This document shows, piece by piece, positions 49,056 through 62,419 of a DNA stretch of 64,000 nt (positions within the stretch are counted from its first letter, which is position 1; every line of letters begins with the position of its first letter). The notes below the pieces were generated by a model that saw only the letters and a list, made by a program, of their open reading frames with translations, searched no databases and was not told where the DNA came from. Origin of the DNA: Scyliorhinus canicula (Eukaryota); assembly GCF_902713615.1 (NCBI RefSeq), contig NW_024055820.1:1045220-1109219 (forward strand), in the 5' to 3' direction. A program made the translations under genes and the position numbers.

Positions 49056-50079
49056 CTGTAGGTTGTAGGTTCCTTTCACCGAAGGTCATTAGATAAACAG
49101 TTGGGTTTTTACAACAGATTTAAGAGTCACTTTTTCCTAGTGCTGGCCCACCTTGGCCTCGCCCCAGTGTGTGTGTGCTGGTGTGTCAGCTACCTGCTGA
49201 GACACCTGTTCACATGTGACTGCAGAGGTTAGTTCTGCTGTCATTACTGCTATCTGGGGCACTCTCCATTCTCCACTCATTCCTATTTTCTGGTCTTTCT
49301 GGTGAATGGTAAAGGTCAGTGAACTTGGTTTCTGCATAAATTAGTTCCAAACTGTACTGGCCCTCCAAAATCCGGCTTCCATGCCAACATAGCAAATAAA
49401 ATCAACTGCAAAGGTATTTTTTTCAAAAATGTAAAATTAATCACCCAGCACGCAACTCAAAATAATGATCCTGAGATTAAAGCCTCATTATCTACCCATT
49501 CAGCTACATGGTGAGAAAACTCCCTCCACAAACGCTAATCTCACTATATCCAGCCTAAGGAACTGGACGCACATCAAGTCTCATTGAAATTTCAGTCCTG
49601 TCACAGTTGGGATTTGGGAAAATTATCATAGAATCAGAATTTACAGTGTAGAAGGAGACCATTTGGCCCATTAAGTCTGCACCAGCCCTTGTAAGGAGCA
49701 CCCCACTTGAGCACACGCTGTCGATGAATTATGTTTATTTCTGTACCTTACAGTGCGACACTGAAATGCTTCGGAGGAATTTTGATTACGTTGCCACTTG
49801 GTTCCGGGCAACATTCAGACATGTTAAATGTTGAATTTTAACATTGGAATGCCGGAGGGAAATGCTTATATTTCACGTTCCAATGCAGTATGTGAGACCA
49901 CAGAGCTTTTGTTAGATTTAAACTCCCGGACCACAAAGGCTTTAAGAATAGTTGGACATATGTGGGCTAAGTACATATGCACAATTGCTTTCCAATCTGG
50001 TGTCGGGATTACAGTGAACAATTGTTAACTGATTGCATCTTTCAATGGTGGGTAATGTACCCAGCATTCCCGGTGTCCG

Positions 50080-50430
50080 AGAAAGCCCCCTATCTACAAT
50101 ACAGGGGACCGGGATGCGTGCGCAGTCTCACACAGTTTGGAGCATGCACAGAGTGAGTGATGACGCTGAACAGAGGTTGGTTTGTTGCTCGGCCGCCGGT
50201 GAGAGGCGGCGGAGGGGAAGCGGCGGGTGGGTGGAGCGGGTTCATTAACACTCAGTGTGGGCCACAAACCCCGAATAATAACCTGCAGGTCCCACGGTTC
50301 CAGCACTGAAACTTTCCCGGAAATAGGCCCAGGTTAAAGGCCACCATCTTCATTCCGTGGCGAACACGGTGTCTGAGGGGCCATGGTGGTGACGCAGAGA
50401 GTGGGCGGGGCTTCTGGGTCCTAGTGACCA
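50080..50430 (+). promoter_or_regulatory. CpG promoter/first exon of the 51081 pseudogene
   Basis: CpG-rich; ggagcatgcacag; ttcccggaa; followed by the family intron module at 50480-50705. Confidence 0.55.
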
Positions 50431-50706
50431 GGAGAGAAAATGATTGTATCGCTGATTTTGTTCTCACTCTGCCCAGAACTGCATCCAGGCAGAGGGGAGG
50501 AAGGGGGGAAAATTTTGGAGTTGAGGAAATAAATGGTGAGATGGGTTTGAATTCAGCCCAGGGAGGAGAGAATGTGTGCGGGATAGGGATTTACAACTTT
50601 TGGGAAAAAAAGACAGGAAAAATATTCCATAGAAACTAGACTTGTCTTTTCTGTGTTTCTGTGCTCTACACTTGATGTGAAACGTTTTGTAATCTGCTTT
50701 TCCAGG

Positions 50707-51620
50707 CTATTCGAAGGGGGAGATAACTGAAGAGGACAGGAAGGAACATCATTGCAAGATCTGACAAGATTTATCCAGATCTGAATATTTTTTTAAGGAA
50801 GAAGGATCTGAATAACATTGGCCTTTGAATGTGGAAGGAGAAACATTTGGTTGTTCTGTCCGTGGGAGAAGATTTCAAACACCAGTGTTCTTGGAAAATA
50901 ACCGACACACGTACACCTGAGGGAGAGTGTTCCAGTGAACTGACTGTGGAAAGAGCTTTAACCAGTTCACAGTCTATAAAAAATCACACCATTCACAGTG
51001 AAGAGAAACTGTAAATGTGATCTCTGTGATAATACTTAAATTGATCATCTAACCTGCAAAGACAGGAAGATACAGGCACCATGGAGAAACCGTGGAAATG
51101 TGACGACTGTGGGAAGGGATACAATTATCCATCCCGGCTGGAATACCACTGACGCACTCACACTGGGGAGAAGCTGTGGAACTGTGGGGATTGTGGTAAA
51201 CGATTGAATTCTCAATACCAGCTGGCAAACCATCAACGTAATCACACTGGGGAGAGGCCATTCACCTGTTCTCTGTGTGTGAAGGGATTTACCCAGTCAG
51301 CCTGTCTCATGTCACACCAGCGATTTCACACGGAGGAGAGGCCCTTCAGCTGCACCGACTGTGGAAAGAAGTTCAGGCATTCATCCCACCTCAGTAAACA
51401 CCAACGTGTTCACACAGGAGAGACTGTTCACCTGCTCAGTATGTGGGAAGGGATTCACTCAGTCAGCCAACCTGGTGGTACACAAGCAAATTCATACTGG
51501 GGAGAGGCCATTTAGCTGCACTTCCTGTGGAAAGAGGTTAAAGTCGTCATCTGAACTAACTGCACATCAGCGGGTTCACACAGGGGAGAAACCATTCACT
51601 TGCTCTGTGTGTGGGAATCC
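50707..51620 (+). pseudogene. C2H2 ZNF pseudogene (type A): stop in finger 1, frameshift, truncated by a LINE
   Basis: ATG 51081 MEKPWKC; TGA 51150-51152 (paralogs have CGA); frameshift near 51420; ~6 fingers; Rex1 begins inside finger 7. Confidence 0.88.
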
Positions 51621-52557
51621 CTGTACACACACGGCTGTGTGGCAAAATTTGGCTCCAAATCTATCTACAAGTTTGCTGATGACACGACCATAGTGGGTCG
51701 GATTTTGAATAACGATGAATCAAAGTATAGGAGGGAGAAAGAGAACCTCGAGGAGTGGTGTAACAACATAATCTATCCCTCAATGTCACCAAAACTGAGG
51801 AGCTGGTTATTGACTTCAGGAAGCAAAGTATTGTACACACCCCTGTCTGCATCAATGGTGCCCAGGTGGAAATCGTTGACAGCTTCAAATTCCTAGGTGT
51901 GCACATCACCAACAATCTGTCCTGGTTCAACTACGTCAATGCTATGACCAACAAAGCACAACAGCGCCTACATTTTCTCAGGAAACTAAGGAATTTTGGC
52001 ATGCCCACATTGACTCTCACCAATTTTTATAAATGCACCTTCAAAAGCATCCTATCTGGCTGCATCACAGCCTGGTATGGCAACTGCTTGTCCCAAGTCA
52101 GTAAGAAACTACTGAGAGATGTGAGCACAGCCCAGTTCATCGCGTGAACTGCCTCCCATTCATTGATTCTGTCAACACCTCCCGCTGCCTTGGGAAGATG
52201 GGCAGCAGAATTAAAGATCCCTCCCACCCGGGTAGTTCTCTCTTCCAATCTCTTGCATCGAGCAGGAGATACAAAAGTCTAAGAACGCGAACCAACAGAT
52301 TCAAAAACAGTTTCTTACCCGCTGTTACCAAATTCCTGAACGACCCTCTTATGAACTGAACTGATCTCTTCACGCATCTTCTCTGCTGAGTAGTACTGCA
52401 CTCTGTATGCTTCACCCGATGTCTATGTCTGTGTATTTACTTTCTGTATTTATCGTATCTGCTACGTTTTTCATGTGTGGAATGAACTATCTGGACTGTA
52501 CGGAGAACAATACTTTTCATTGTACCTCGGTACACATGACACTAAATCCAAATCCAA
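51620..52557 (+). mobile_element. Rex1/Babar-type LINE, 5'-truncated, followed by (TA)n
   Basis: [36 protein letters not shown]. Confidence 0.88.
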
Positions 52558-52609
52558 TATATATATATATATATAAAGGCACTCACTGCGCTATCTACTC
52601 AGTAGAACA

Positions 52610-53421
52610 CTCACTGTTCCAGAAGCTGCTGGGAAATGGGACCTTCCCCTGACCATTGGAGGTGGATCAGGGATTACAGAGTGCTGGTGAGGAAGCCGCG
52701 GCAGGGACAATCCCCTCGGGTGATGGTGGTCAGGTTCCACAGGTACCTGGATAAGGAGCGCGTTCTCCAGTGGGCCAATCGCACGGGGAGCTGTAAGGGG
52801 AACAACAGCATTTTGTGGCTGTACCAAGATTTAAGCTTAGAGGTGGCCAAGAGGAGGGAAGGGTTTAATCAAGTCAAGTCGATCCTGTCCAAGAAGCAGG
52901 TTAAGCTCGGACTGTTGCATCCAGCGCGACTTTGGGTTACGCATGAGAACCAACATCATTACTTTGAGTCGCCCGAGGACGCTATGGAGTTCGCCAGGAG
53001 GAAAGGACTGGTGCCAACTTGAGAAGATTCTGCTCTCAGTTTGTGAAACTGTTTTTCCTGTTCGCTTTAAATGCTGTCTGCACTGATTTATTTGTTTGTT
53101 TTTGTTCTTGGCTTTTCTCTTCGGTAACTGTGTTTTGTTTAAGAAGGGGGAAGTAGTTAAAGAATTATTCGATTTTGGTGGGTTTTCTGTGTTGTGAGGG
53201 GGATGGTGGTGGGGATTTTTGACTTTGTATTATTTTGAGTAGTATTACTTTGATCTGTATTATGGCGAGAGGGGGATGCAATATAGGGGATCATTTAGGC
53301 AGATTTGGGTGGAGTGGGCTACGGCAATTGCACTATGTACAGCCCTTTTGTTTTCTCGTTCTGTAATTCTACTGTTTACAATGCCAGAAAATACCTCTTA
53401 TAATTGTTAATCAAAAAAAAA
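52610..53421 (+). mobile_element. L1-clade element: ORF1 C-terminal part followed directly by UTR and poly(A) (HAL1-like)
   Basis: KPRQGQSPRVMVVRFHRY..LYQDLSLEVAKRR..LLHPARLWVT (L1 ORF1 RRM/CTD-like); stop at 53022; A-tail 53413-53421; no ORF2. Confidence 0.65.
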
Positions 53422-53531
53422 GTTTCAACACACTGCGTATTTAACACAAATCTAATTTATTTGACTTTTAGCCAGAATATTAGCCCTGTAAATGGGCTGG
53501 AGTTTATTTTCAGCAGAAAAAGACCCAAATG

Positions 53532-53862
53532 TCTCACGGTAGCATGGTGGTTAGCATCAATGCTTCACAGCTCCAGGGTCCCAGGTTCGATTCCCAGCTG
53601 GGTCACTGTCTGTGTGGAGTCTGCACGTCCTCCCCGTGTGTGCGTGGGTTTCCTCCGGGTGCTCCGGTTTCCTCCCACAGTCCAAAGATGTGCGGGTTAG
53701 GTGGATTGGCCATGCTAAATTGCCCTTAGTGTAAGGTTAATGGGGGGATTGTTGGGTTACGGGTATGCGGGTTACGTGGGTTTAAGTGGGGTGATCATGG
53801 CTCAGCACAACATTGAGGGCCGAAGGGCCTGTTCTGTGCTGTACTGTTCTATGTTCTATGTT
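53532..53862 (+). mobile_element. HE1-like SINE in the 3' UTR of the 55120 gene
   Basis: Absent from the paralogous UTR at 42700-42790. Confidence 0.85.
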
Positions 53863-53914
53863 CTAATATGGTTCAGTCCTGAATGTGAGGAACAGCAAAA
53901 TCCAATCACTGTTG

Positions 53915-55120
53915 TTACTTGTGGCCTCGTTGGTGTTTCAGCAGGTTGGATGAAATGGTGAATCCCTTCCCACACTTGGAGCAGATAAACGGTCTCTCCC
54001 CAGTGTGAACTCGCTGATGTACAGTGAGGCTAAATGACTGCGTGAATTCCTTCCCACATTGGTCGCAGGCGAATGGCCTCTCCCCAGTGTGAATTCGCTG
54101 GTGCTTCTGCAGGCCGGATGACCGAGTGAATCCCTTCCCACACTTGGAACAAATGAATGGTCTCTCCCCAGTGTGAATTCGCTGGTGCCTCTGCAACACA
54201 GATAACTGAGTGAATCCCTTCCCACATTGGGCGCAGGTGAATGGCCTCTCCCCTGTGTGAACTCGCTGATGTACAGCGAGGGCAGATGATTGTCTGAACC
54301 CAGTGCCGCAGTGAGAGCACCTAAACGGTTTCTCGTCAGTTTGAACACACTGATGGCGAATCAGTTCCCCAGAACGTTTATAGCACATCCCGCAGTCTGG
54401 ACATTGAAATGGTCTCTCCCCAGTGTGAATTCGCTGATGTACAGCGAGGTTAGATGATCGTCTGAACCCAGTCCCGCAGTGAGAGCACCTGAACGGTTTC
54501 TCGTCGGTGTGAACACACTGATGGCGCATGAGTTCCCCGGAACTTTTGTAGCACTTCCCACAGTCTGGACATTGAAATGGTCTCTCATCAGTGTGAACTC
54601 GCTGGTGACTCAGCAGGTGGGATAACTGAGTGAATCTCTTCCCACACTTGGCGCAGGTGAATGGTCTCTCTCCAGTGTGAACTCGCTGATGTACAGTGAG
54701 GTGAGATGATTGTCTGAACCCAGTCCCGCAGTGAGAGCACCTGAACGGTTTCACGTCAGTGTGAACACGTTGATGGCACATCAGATCCCCAGAACGTTTG
54801 TAGCACTTCCCGCAGTCTGGACATTGAAACGGTCTCTCCACAGTGTGAACTCGCTGGTGTCTCAGCAGGTCAGATGACTGAGTGAATCCCTTCCCACACT
54901 TGGAGCAGGTGAATGGTCTCTCCCCAGTGTGAATGCGCCGATGAGTTTCCAGCTGGGATGGGTAAGTGAATCCTTTCCCACAGTCCACACATTTCCACGG
55001 TGTCTCCTCAGTGTGACTGCATTTGTGGCTTGTGAGGCCTGATGATCCGGTGAATCCTTGTCCACACACACAACACGTGTATGGTTTCTCCCCACTGTGA
55101 ACGATGCTTTTTCCTTCCAT
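53915..55120 (-). CDS. Tandem C2H2 zinc-finger protein, 14 fingers (one lacks the last His) (type B, starts MEGKSIVHS)
   Basis: 14 finger repeats, ends HQRGHK*; acceptor tttcacag near 55229. Confidence 0.92.
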   Translation of the reverse strand: MEGKSIVHSGEKPYTCCVCGQGFTGSSGLTSHKCSHTEETPWKCVDCGKGFTYPSQLETHRRIHTGERPFTCSKCGKGFTQSSDLLRHQRVHTVERPFQCPDCGKCYKRSGDLMCHQRVHTDVKPFRCSHCGTGFRQSSHLTVHQRVHTGERPFTCAKCGKRFTQLSHLLSHQRVHTDERPFQCPDCGKCYKSSGELMRHQCVHTDEKPFRCSHCGTGFRRSSNLAVHQRIHTGERPFQCPDCGMCYKRSGELIRHQCVQTDEKPFRCSHCGTGFRQSSALAVHQRVHTGERPFTCAQCGKGFTQLSVLQRHQRIHTGERPFICSKCGKGFTRSSGLQKHQRIHTGERPFACDQCGKEFTQSFSLTVHQRVHTGERPFICSKCGKGFTISSNLLKHQRGHK

Positions 55121-55524
55121 GTTCAAAGTACGATGATATTCAGGATATGATCAATTGAGGACTCTGTCAGATCCTGATGTGATGCTTGGTTTGAGTTTTC
55201 GGACTTTGAAGCCTCCCCTTCGAACACCCTGTGAAACTGATTGAAAACAGAAAATAGGGAGCGAGAGAGAACCCACAAAAACACAAAGGCAGGTTGTGAA
55301 ATTTAGCTGAATGAATCTGGTCATTTGTGGGGCCGGCTCTGGGAAAAAGTGACCATGAAAACGGCTGGATTGTCACAAAAACCCAACTGGCCTCTTTGGG
55401 AGGAGAAAGAATGAGGTGAAGAGGGATGTTGTATATCAACAAGACATATTAAGAGAGTAGATGGCAAAGCAAATTCGATCTTGAGCTTCATAAACAGTAA
55501 TATTGATACTGAAACTATGCTTCT

Positions 55525-57503
55525 TGTGGCATAGTGGTTAGCACTGCTGCCTCACAGCTCCAGGGACCCGAGTTAAATTCCCACCCTGACTGTGGAGTTT
55601 GCACTTTCTCCCAGTGTCTGCGTGGGTTTCCACCCAGTGCTCAGGTTTCTTCCCACCGTTCAAAGATGTGCAGGTGAGGTTGAATTGGTTAGGATTGTAT
55701 TCGCTGGAGTTCAAAAGAATGAGGGCGGATCTCATAAAAACCTATAAAAAGTTGGTGGCACGGTGGCGCAGTAGTTAGCCTCATGTCGCCGAGGACCCGG
55801 GTTCGATCCCAGCCCCGGGTCACTGTCTGTGTGGAGTTTGCACATTCTCCCTGTGTTTGCGTGGGTCTCAACCCCACAAATCTGAAGATGTGCAGGGTAG
55901 GTCGATTGGCCACGCTAAAATTACCTCTTAATTGCAAAAAAAAGAATTGGGCACTCTAAATTTATGTTTAAAATAAAAACAGGGTGAGACAGAGTAGATT
56001 CAGGAAGGATGTTCCAGATAGTGGGTGTGTCCAGAAATAGGGGTCACAGTTTGAGAATACGGGGTAGACCATTTAGGACAGAGATGAGGAGACATTTCTT
56101 CATCCAGAGAGTGGGGAGTCTGTGGAATTTGTCACTACAGGAACTAATTAAAGCCAAACATTGCATGTTTTCAAGAAGCAGTTAGATACAGCACTGAGGT
56201 TGAAGGGGATCAAAGGATATTGGGGAAAGCGGGATTAGGCTATTGAGCCTAATCAGCTCTGATCGTAATAAATGGTGGAGCAGGCTCGAAGGGCCAAATG
56301 GCCTCCTGCTCCTATTTTCTACCTGGCTCCGTATCTATGCATGTAAATGGTCCAGGAGGTATGAGGAAGAATGTTTTTACACAACCAGTGGCAATGACCT
56401 TAAACTTGCTGCCTGTGACGGAGTTTGGAAATAGACACAATAAATTTTACAGTGCACAAGTCAATAAACCTGTGAGGATACGGAGACAGAGCAGGAGAAT
56501 AACTCTGACTAGATTGCTCCAAATAATAATAATATTTATTAGTGTCACAAGTAGGCTTACATTAACACTGCAATGAAGTTACTGTGAAAATCCCCAAGTC
56601 GCCACACTCCGGCGCCTGTTCGGGTACACAGAGGGAGAATTCAATGTGCAATTCACCTAACAAGCACGTTTTTTCGGGACTTGTGGGGGGAAGCCGGAGC
56701 ACCCGGAGGAAACGCACGGGGAGAACATGCAGACTCCGCATGGACAGTGACCCAAGCCGGGAATCAAACCCAGGTCCACGGCGCTGAGAATCAGCAGTGC
56801 TAACCACCGTTCCGATCAAAAAGCTAGCATGGACTCAATGGACTGAATGCCCTTCTCTGCCCATAATTGTTTTCATATTTTAAAATAAATTTAGAGTACC
56901 CAATTCATTTTTTCCAATTAAGGGGCAATTTAGTGTGGTTAATCCACCTACCCTGCACATCTTTGAGTTGTTGGGGTGAAACCCACGTAAACACGGGGAG
57001 AATGTGCAAACTCCACATGGACAGTGACCCAGAGCCAGGATCGAACCTGGGACCTCGGTGCTTTGAGGCAGCAGTGCTAACCACTGTGCCAACATGCTGC
57101 CAGCTCACTCTGACATTTTTGTCTAATCTCGCCTTGTAATTTCACCCCAGGGGGTTCAGATATCACTCCGGTAAATCAGTGCTACACTCCCTCTGAGACC
57201 ATTCTGATTTGGGGGTGATGTTGACTCAGGATTGTGAGTTTCTGCCCTGGGTCTTCATGTGGCTGAACAGAGCCACAGAGCTTTTGACACATGGGACAGG
57301 ACATTCAGGTGTGCAAGATGTGCAGGTTAGGTGGATTGGCCATTATAAAATGCCTTTTGTGTCCAAAATTGCCCTTAGTGTTGGGTGGGGTTACTGGGTT
57401 ATGGGGATAGGGTGGAGGTGTTGACCTTTGGTCGGGTGCTCTTTCCAAGAGCCGGTGCAGACACGATGGGCCGAATGGCCTCCTTGTGCACTGCAAATTC
57501 TAT
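55525..57503. mobile_element. Intronic nest of SINEs and a CR1 3' fragment (55680-56320)
   Basis: SINEs at 55525+, 55755+, 56520-56810-, 56878-57100- and 57315-57503+. Confidence 0.7.
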
Positions 57504-57679
57504 GAGACAGTGAAATCCGGAGAGATTGGCTTCCTTTTCTTTCCACTTCTGCCACCGCTTTGCATCATCAATAAGACATTGGGACTCAAAGACTAATCCA
57601 GTTTGATGGACAAGTTGTCTCCATTCTGCACAATGGGGAACAAGCCCCTCCCACTCATTATGACATCGCCCCGACAAAG

Positions 57680-58085
57680 ATGAGAAACGCGCATGCGCCC
57701 TGATGCACATCCAATAAAGATGGCGGCCGTTAACCCGAGCCCAACATGAGGAGCTGCAGCGCCGCTCGATACAAACTGGGTCCCGTAAACTTTCCGAAGT
57801 TTGCGGCTTGCAAAAGTTTTACACAACGTTTCCGTCCACCCCCGCGATCTCTCGCTCCCTCCATATTGTTAAACGTCTCTTACCAATTTCGGATCTGAAA
57901 ACACAACCCTTCTCCTTCGCCATTACTTACCCACACTGCGCATGCTTCAATCACGCGGGCCGCGCCCTCCATTCACCCCGATTGGTTGGAGGACCAGCCG
58001 CATCATTCGGTCTGCCAGTCCCGCCCCTCCGCCTGCTATTGGTCAGGAGCTGCCGTCAATCACCCGAGCATTGTGACGGTAACAG
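57680..58085 (-). promoter_or_regulatory. CpG promoter of the 55120(-) ZNF gene
   Basis: Inverted copy of 10610-11000; gcgcatgcgc, aagatggcgg, two CCAAT, gccgtcaatcac. Confidence 0.7.
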
Positions 58086-60065
58086 ATTGTGAGAGCAGCG
58101 ACAGGCTCAGGCTGACTCGCTGATTGTCCAATAATAACAGTGAGAGTCTCAGTGGGACAATCAGACAATAATAGTGGAGATGGGGCTCAGAGGAGAAACA
58201 GCAAAGGATTCACTCATTTTGAGAGTAACCAACACAGTGTCTGTTCCCATAATAATTCAGACTGCAGTGTGTAAGTGAACATATCATTGGATCCAAGGTA
58301 GATTAATCAGAGTCCCTGCAATGCAGAAGGAGGCCATTCGGCCCATCGAACCTGCACCGACCCTATGAAATATCATCCTATCTGGGCCAATCTAGGGCAG
58401 CATGGTAGCACAGTGGGTAACACTGTTGCTTCCCAGATCCAGGATCCCAGATAATAATTCTGTCACTGTTATTATTAGACAATAACATGCCTGAAATGAA
58501 AATCGCTTATTGTCACAAGCAGGCTTCAAATTAAATTACTGTGAAAAGCTCCGAGTCGTCACATTCCGGTGCCCTTCGGGGGGTGCTGGTGCGGGAATGC
58601 CTGTTATTCCAATGCTGCTGTGTGTTCCTCTGTCACTGTTATTATTGGACAATAACCTGCCTGTCATTCTAATTCTGGTGTGTGTTACTCTGTCACTGTT
58701 ATCATTAGACAATAATAGGAAGGCAAGATGCAAGGTAGCAATGATAATTTGATGTTTCTGTGTTATAGTCAGTGTCACTGGGAGGTGTGAGATAAAATAG
58801 GAATGGAAACATCATGACAGATGCACGTGTGACTGACTCCACCTGATTGAGAGCTGTTCTACCCAAGGTGAGAGCAATGAGGACATGGAGAACTCCAGGT
58901 ATTTCTGGTATCTGAGGTGCATCTGTAGAGGAACTGAAATCATTCTAGTGGTTCTCGATTTATACAGGAAATATATCTGACAGCTAAAACCAAAGTTTCA
59001 ATCTTCTCTTTGAGACACATTGTGATTGAAAAGATCAAATGTTAAAACATCAGGAGAGGAAAATTCAGACTGTCACAAAGGACATCATTGCTACCTCGCA
59101 GCACAATGGACCCTGGTTCAATTCCAGCCTTGGGTGACTGTCTGTGTGGAGTTTGCACTGTCTCCCAGTGTCTGCATGGGTTTCCTACCACCATTCAAAG
59201 ATTTGCAGCTTAGGTGGATTGGCCATGATCAACTTCCCCTTAGTGTCCAAAAAAGTGTTAGTTAGGTGGGGTGGGATATGATGGGGATTGGGGCTAGGTA
59301 TAGTGCAAACTAAATTCGGCACATCAAGTCTGCACCAGCCCGTACGAAGGGCATCTTAATTAAGCCCGCATCTCCACCCTATCCCCATAACCCAGTAACT
59401 CCGCCTAACATTTTTTGGACACTAAGAACAATTTGGCAGGGCCAATCCATCTAACTTGCACACCTTTGGACTGTGGGAGCATCTGGAGGAAACCCACGCA
59501 GACACTGAGAGAATGTGCAGACTGTGACCCAAGCTGGGAATCGAGCCTAGCGCTGTGAAGCAACAGTGCTAACCACCCAAGGACACCTGAGAATGATCAG
59601 AATAAGGAGACTACTCAGAAAACGGCCAATAGGAATTTTCAGCTGAACACATCACTCATTCTTAAAGGGACAGTCGGGGCTCTGACACTGCTCAGCTCCC
59701 AGTTAAAGGGGCAGACACAGCTCTGTCCTTTTCTCTGTTTTGTTTCTGATTGTTAAAAGCTGAAAGGGGTGAGGTTTATTTAAACGGACAGAATGTGGGA
59801 AGCACATATCAATAAAATTGGGAATTTTTGGATACACATTGGAGCTCCTTCTTTATCTGGGAACCAAACTATTGTCTAATTGTCCCAATAGTTAACAGGC
59901 TCCTGTGAACTGCTCCAGCTGCTATTTTAATGCAGACTTCAACCAATCTATTTTAAGTAGGTTTCTATTCAATTAATTCATTGTGACTGTCACATAAACA
60001 CATTAAAATGTTTCAGACTTATTCAGATGCATTATTTTCAGCCTGGAACTTAAATCTAGCTACTT

Positions 60066-60533
60066 TGCAAGAAACTGCAGAGTGTGTGAACTCAGCCCAA
60101 CGTATCACGCAAGCTTGCCATTCTCCCATTGATTCTGTATACACCTCGCGCTGCCTCAGGAAGGCAGACAGCATTGTCAGAGACCCCTCACACCCAGGCT
60201 TTGCCCTCTTCAAGACCCTTCCATCAGGCAGAAGATACAGAAGTCTGAAGACTTGCACATCCAGATATAGGAACAGCTTCTTCCCCACATCAACTAGACG
60301 CCTCAACAATGTGTTCCCTGTAAGAATACTATTCACGACGCCCTATGCTGCTCTTGTTTGGCATTGTTCTTCTCTGTAACCAATCAGTATTTGTTGATGC
60401 ACCACTGTCAATTTACTCTGTCGACTCTTCTTTTGTCTACTATGTACGTACTGTGTACGTTCCCTTGGCCGCAGAAAAATACTTTTCATTGTACGTTGGT
60501 ATATGTGACAATAAATATCAATCAATCCATCAA
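60066..60533 (+). mobile_element. Rex1/Babar-type LINE 3' portion, right arm only
   Basis: LPSGRRYRSLKTCTSRYRNSFFP; absent at ~6340. Confidence 0.8.
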
Positions 60534-60629
60534 TTTACCTCCAATCAGGAACATCACAGGTTCACACCAATCTCAGATTTGACAGCACATTTTCAGCATT
60601 CACCATTGTTCTTCCTGACTTTGAACACA

Positions 60630-60935
60630 GAACATACAGTGCAGAAGGAGGCCATTCGGCCCATCGAGTCTGCACCGTCTCATTTAAGCCATTACTTCCA
60701 TCCTATCCCCAAAACCCAATAATCCAACCTAAGATTTTTGGTCACTGAGGGCAATTTATCATGGCCAATCCATGTCTTTGGACTGTGGGAGGAAACCGGA
60801 GCACGCGGAAGAAACCCACGCAGACACAGGGAGAACGTACAGATTCCGCAGAGACAGTGACCCAGTGCGGAATCAAACCTGGGACAATGGCACTGTGAAG
60901 CCACAGTGCTAGCCACTTGTGCTACCATGCTGCCC
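60630..60935 (-). mobile_element. HE1-like SINE
   Basis: cagtgcagaaggaggccattcggcccatcg ... ctaccatgctgccc. Confidence 0.8.
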
Positions 60936-61354
60936 GACAGTTGTAAAGGAAACATCTGTTCCATATCTAGGAGCTCTGCACAATTTAAGAGAGTGGCTGG
61001 GACACATTTCCTACATGCCTCAGGATTTAGCCACTTTGCTTTCAGTGAAGAGAGATGAGATAGACCAAAGTGTCATTTGTCCCTCTCAGTGTGACCCTGA
61101 AGGACTGTGTCCAGGCTGAAGCTCTGTTCCTGCCATATGATCCTTCCCTTCTTTCTGAGCTCCAGACAGGTGATGTTAAACACTTAGGTGGGAAAGATAA
61201 AAATCTGCAACAACGTTTCAAACAAAGCTGATTTATTTCACATTTATTCAGAATAATAAACCTTATCAGCAGATATAGACAGTCAGAGTGAACATTATTC
61301 AGTCCTGAGCATAATGAACAGCATCAATAAGGGTATAATCTAAACCTTGTAGTT

Positions 61355-62140
61355 GCTTGTGAACTCGCAGGTGTGTTAGCAATTAGGATGAGTGAGTCAA
61401 CCCCTTTTCACGGACATTACAGGTGAATAGCCTCTCCCCAGTGTGAATTTGATGGTGTTTCAGAAGATAAGATAAATGAGAAAATTCCTTCCCAGAGACG
61501 GAGTAGGTAAAGGGCCTCTCCCCACTGTGAACTCTCTGGTGTGCCAGCTGGTTGGGTGGCTGACTGAATTCCTTCCCACACACAGAGCAGGTGAATGGCC
61601 TCTCCCTAGTGTGAACTTTCTGGTGTGTCAGCAGGTTGGATGAATGAGTGAATCCCTTCCCACATACTGAGCAAGTTAATGGCCTCACTGTGAACCTGCT
61701 GATGTGTCAGAAGGTTGTATGAACATGTGAATCCCTTCCCACATTCAGAGCAGGTGAACGGTCTATCCCCTGTATGAAGTTGCCGGTGTATCAGAAGTTT
61801 GGATGAATTAATGAATCCTTTCCCACAGTCAGAGCAGTTAAATGGCCTCTCCCCAGTGTGAATTCTCTGGTGGTTCAGTAGGGCAGATGGACGGTTGAAT
61901 CCTTTGCCACACACCGAGCAGGTGAATGGCCTCTCCCCAGTGTGAGCATATTGGTGTGTTAATAAATTCTTTTTGTTTTTAAAGCTCTTCTCAGAGTCAG
62001 GTCAGTTAAAAGGTTTGTTATCAGAATGAACAAGTTGATGTGTCTGCAGGTGGGATGACTGAATGAATCCTTTCCCACACAGGGAGCAGGAGAACGGTCT
62101 CTCCCCAGTGTGAATACGTTGATGTGTCAGCAGATCCTTT
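61355..62140 (-). pseudogene. C2H2 ZNF pseudogene, ~9 fingers, leader and start deleted
   Basis: Intron joins directly to DLLTHQRIH; TGA at 62002; frameshift near 61685; TAA at 61383. Confidence 0.88.
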
Positions 62141-62419
62141 TTACATAAGTCATCACTGTGAGTCCAGGATAGAAATTCTGAACAGACAATTCTAGTTCCT
62201 CTGGAACATTTTTTCCTCTCTTGTTCCCCCAAAGCTGTAAGTCCCCGTCCCACACACTCTCCCTCTCCCTGGGCTGAAATCCAAACCCATCTCACCATCT
62301 GCACCATTTCTTTCCTCCACTCCCAGTTTTCTCCCTCCCTCTCCTCTGCCTGGGTTCAGTTCTCCAGCTCCTGTCTGCAGACTGACAATAAAACCAATGG
62401 GTTTTATTGGGGGGTTTAG

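Noticed and set aside
53915-55120. PRDM9 or a named ZNF orthologue
   Set aside because: No SET, KRAB or SSXRD sequence seen; lineage-specific paralogs cannot be given a symbol from sequence alone
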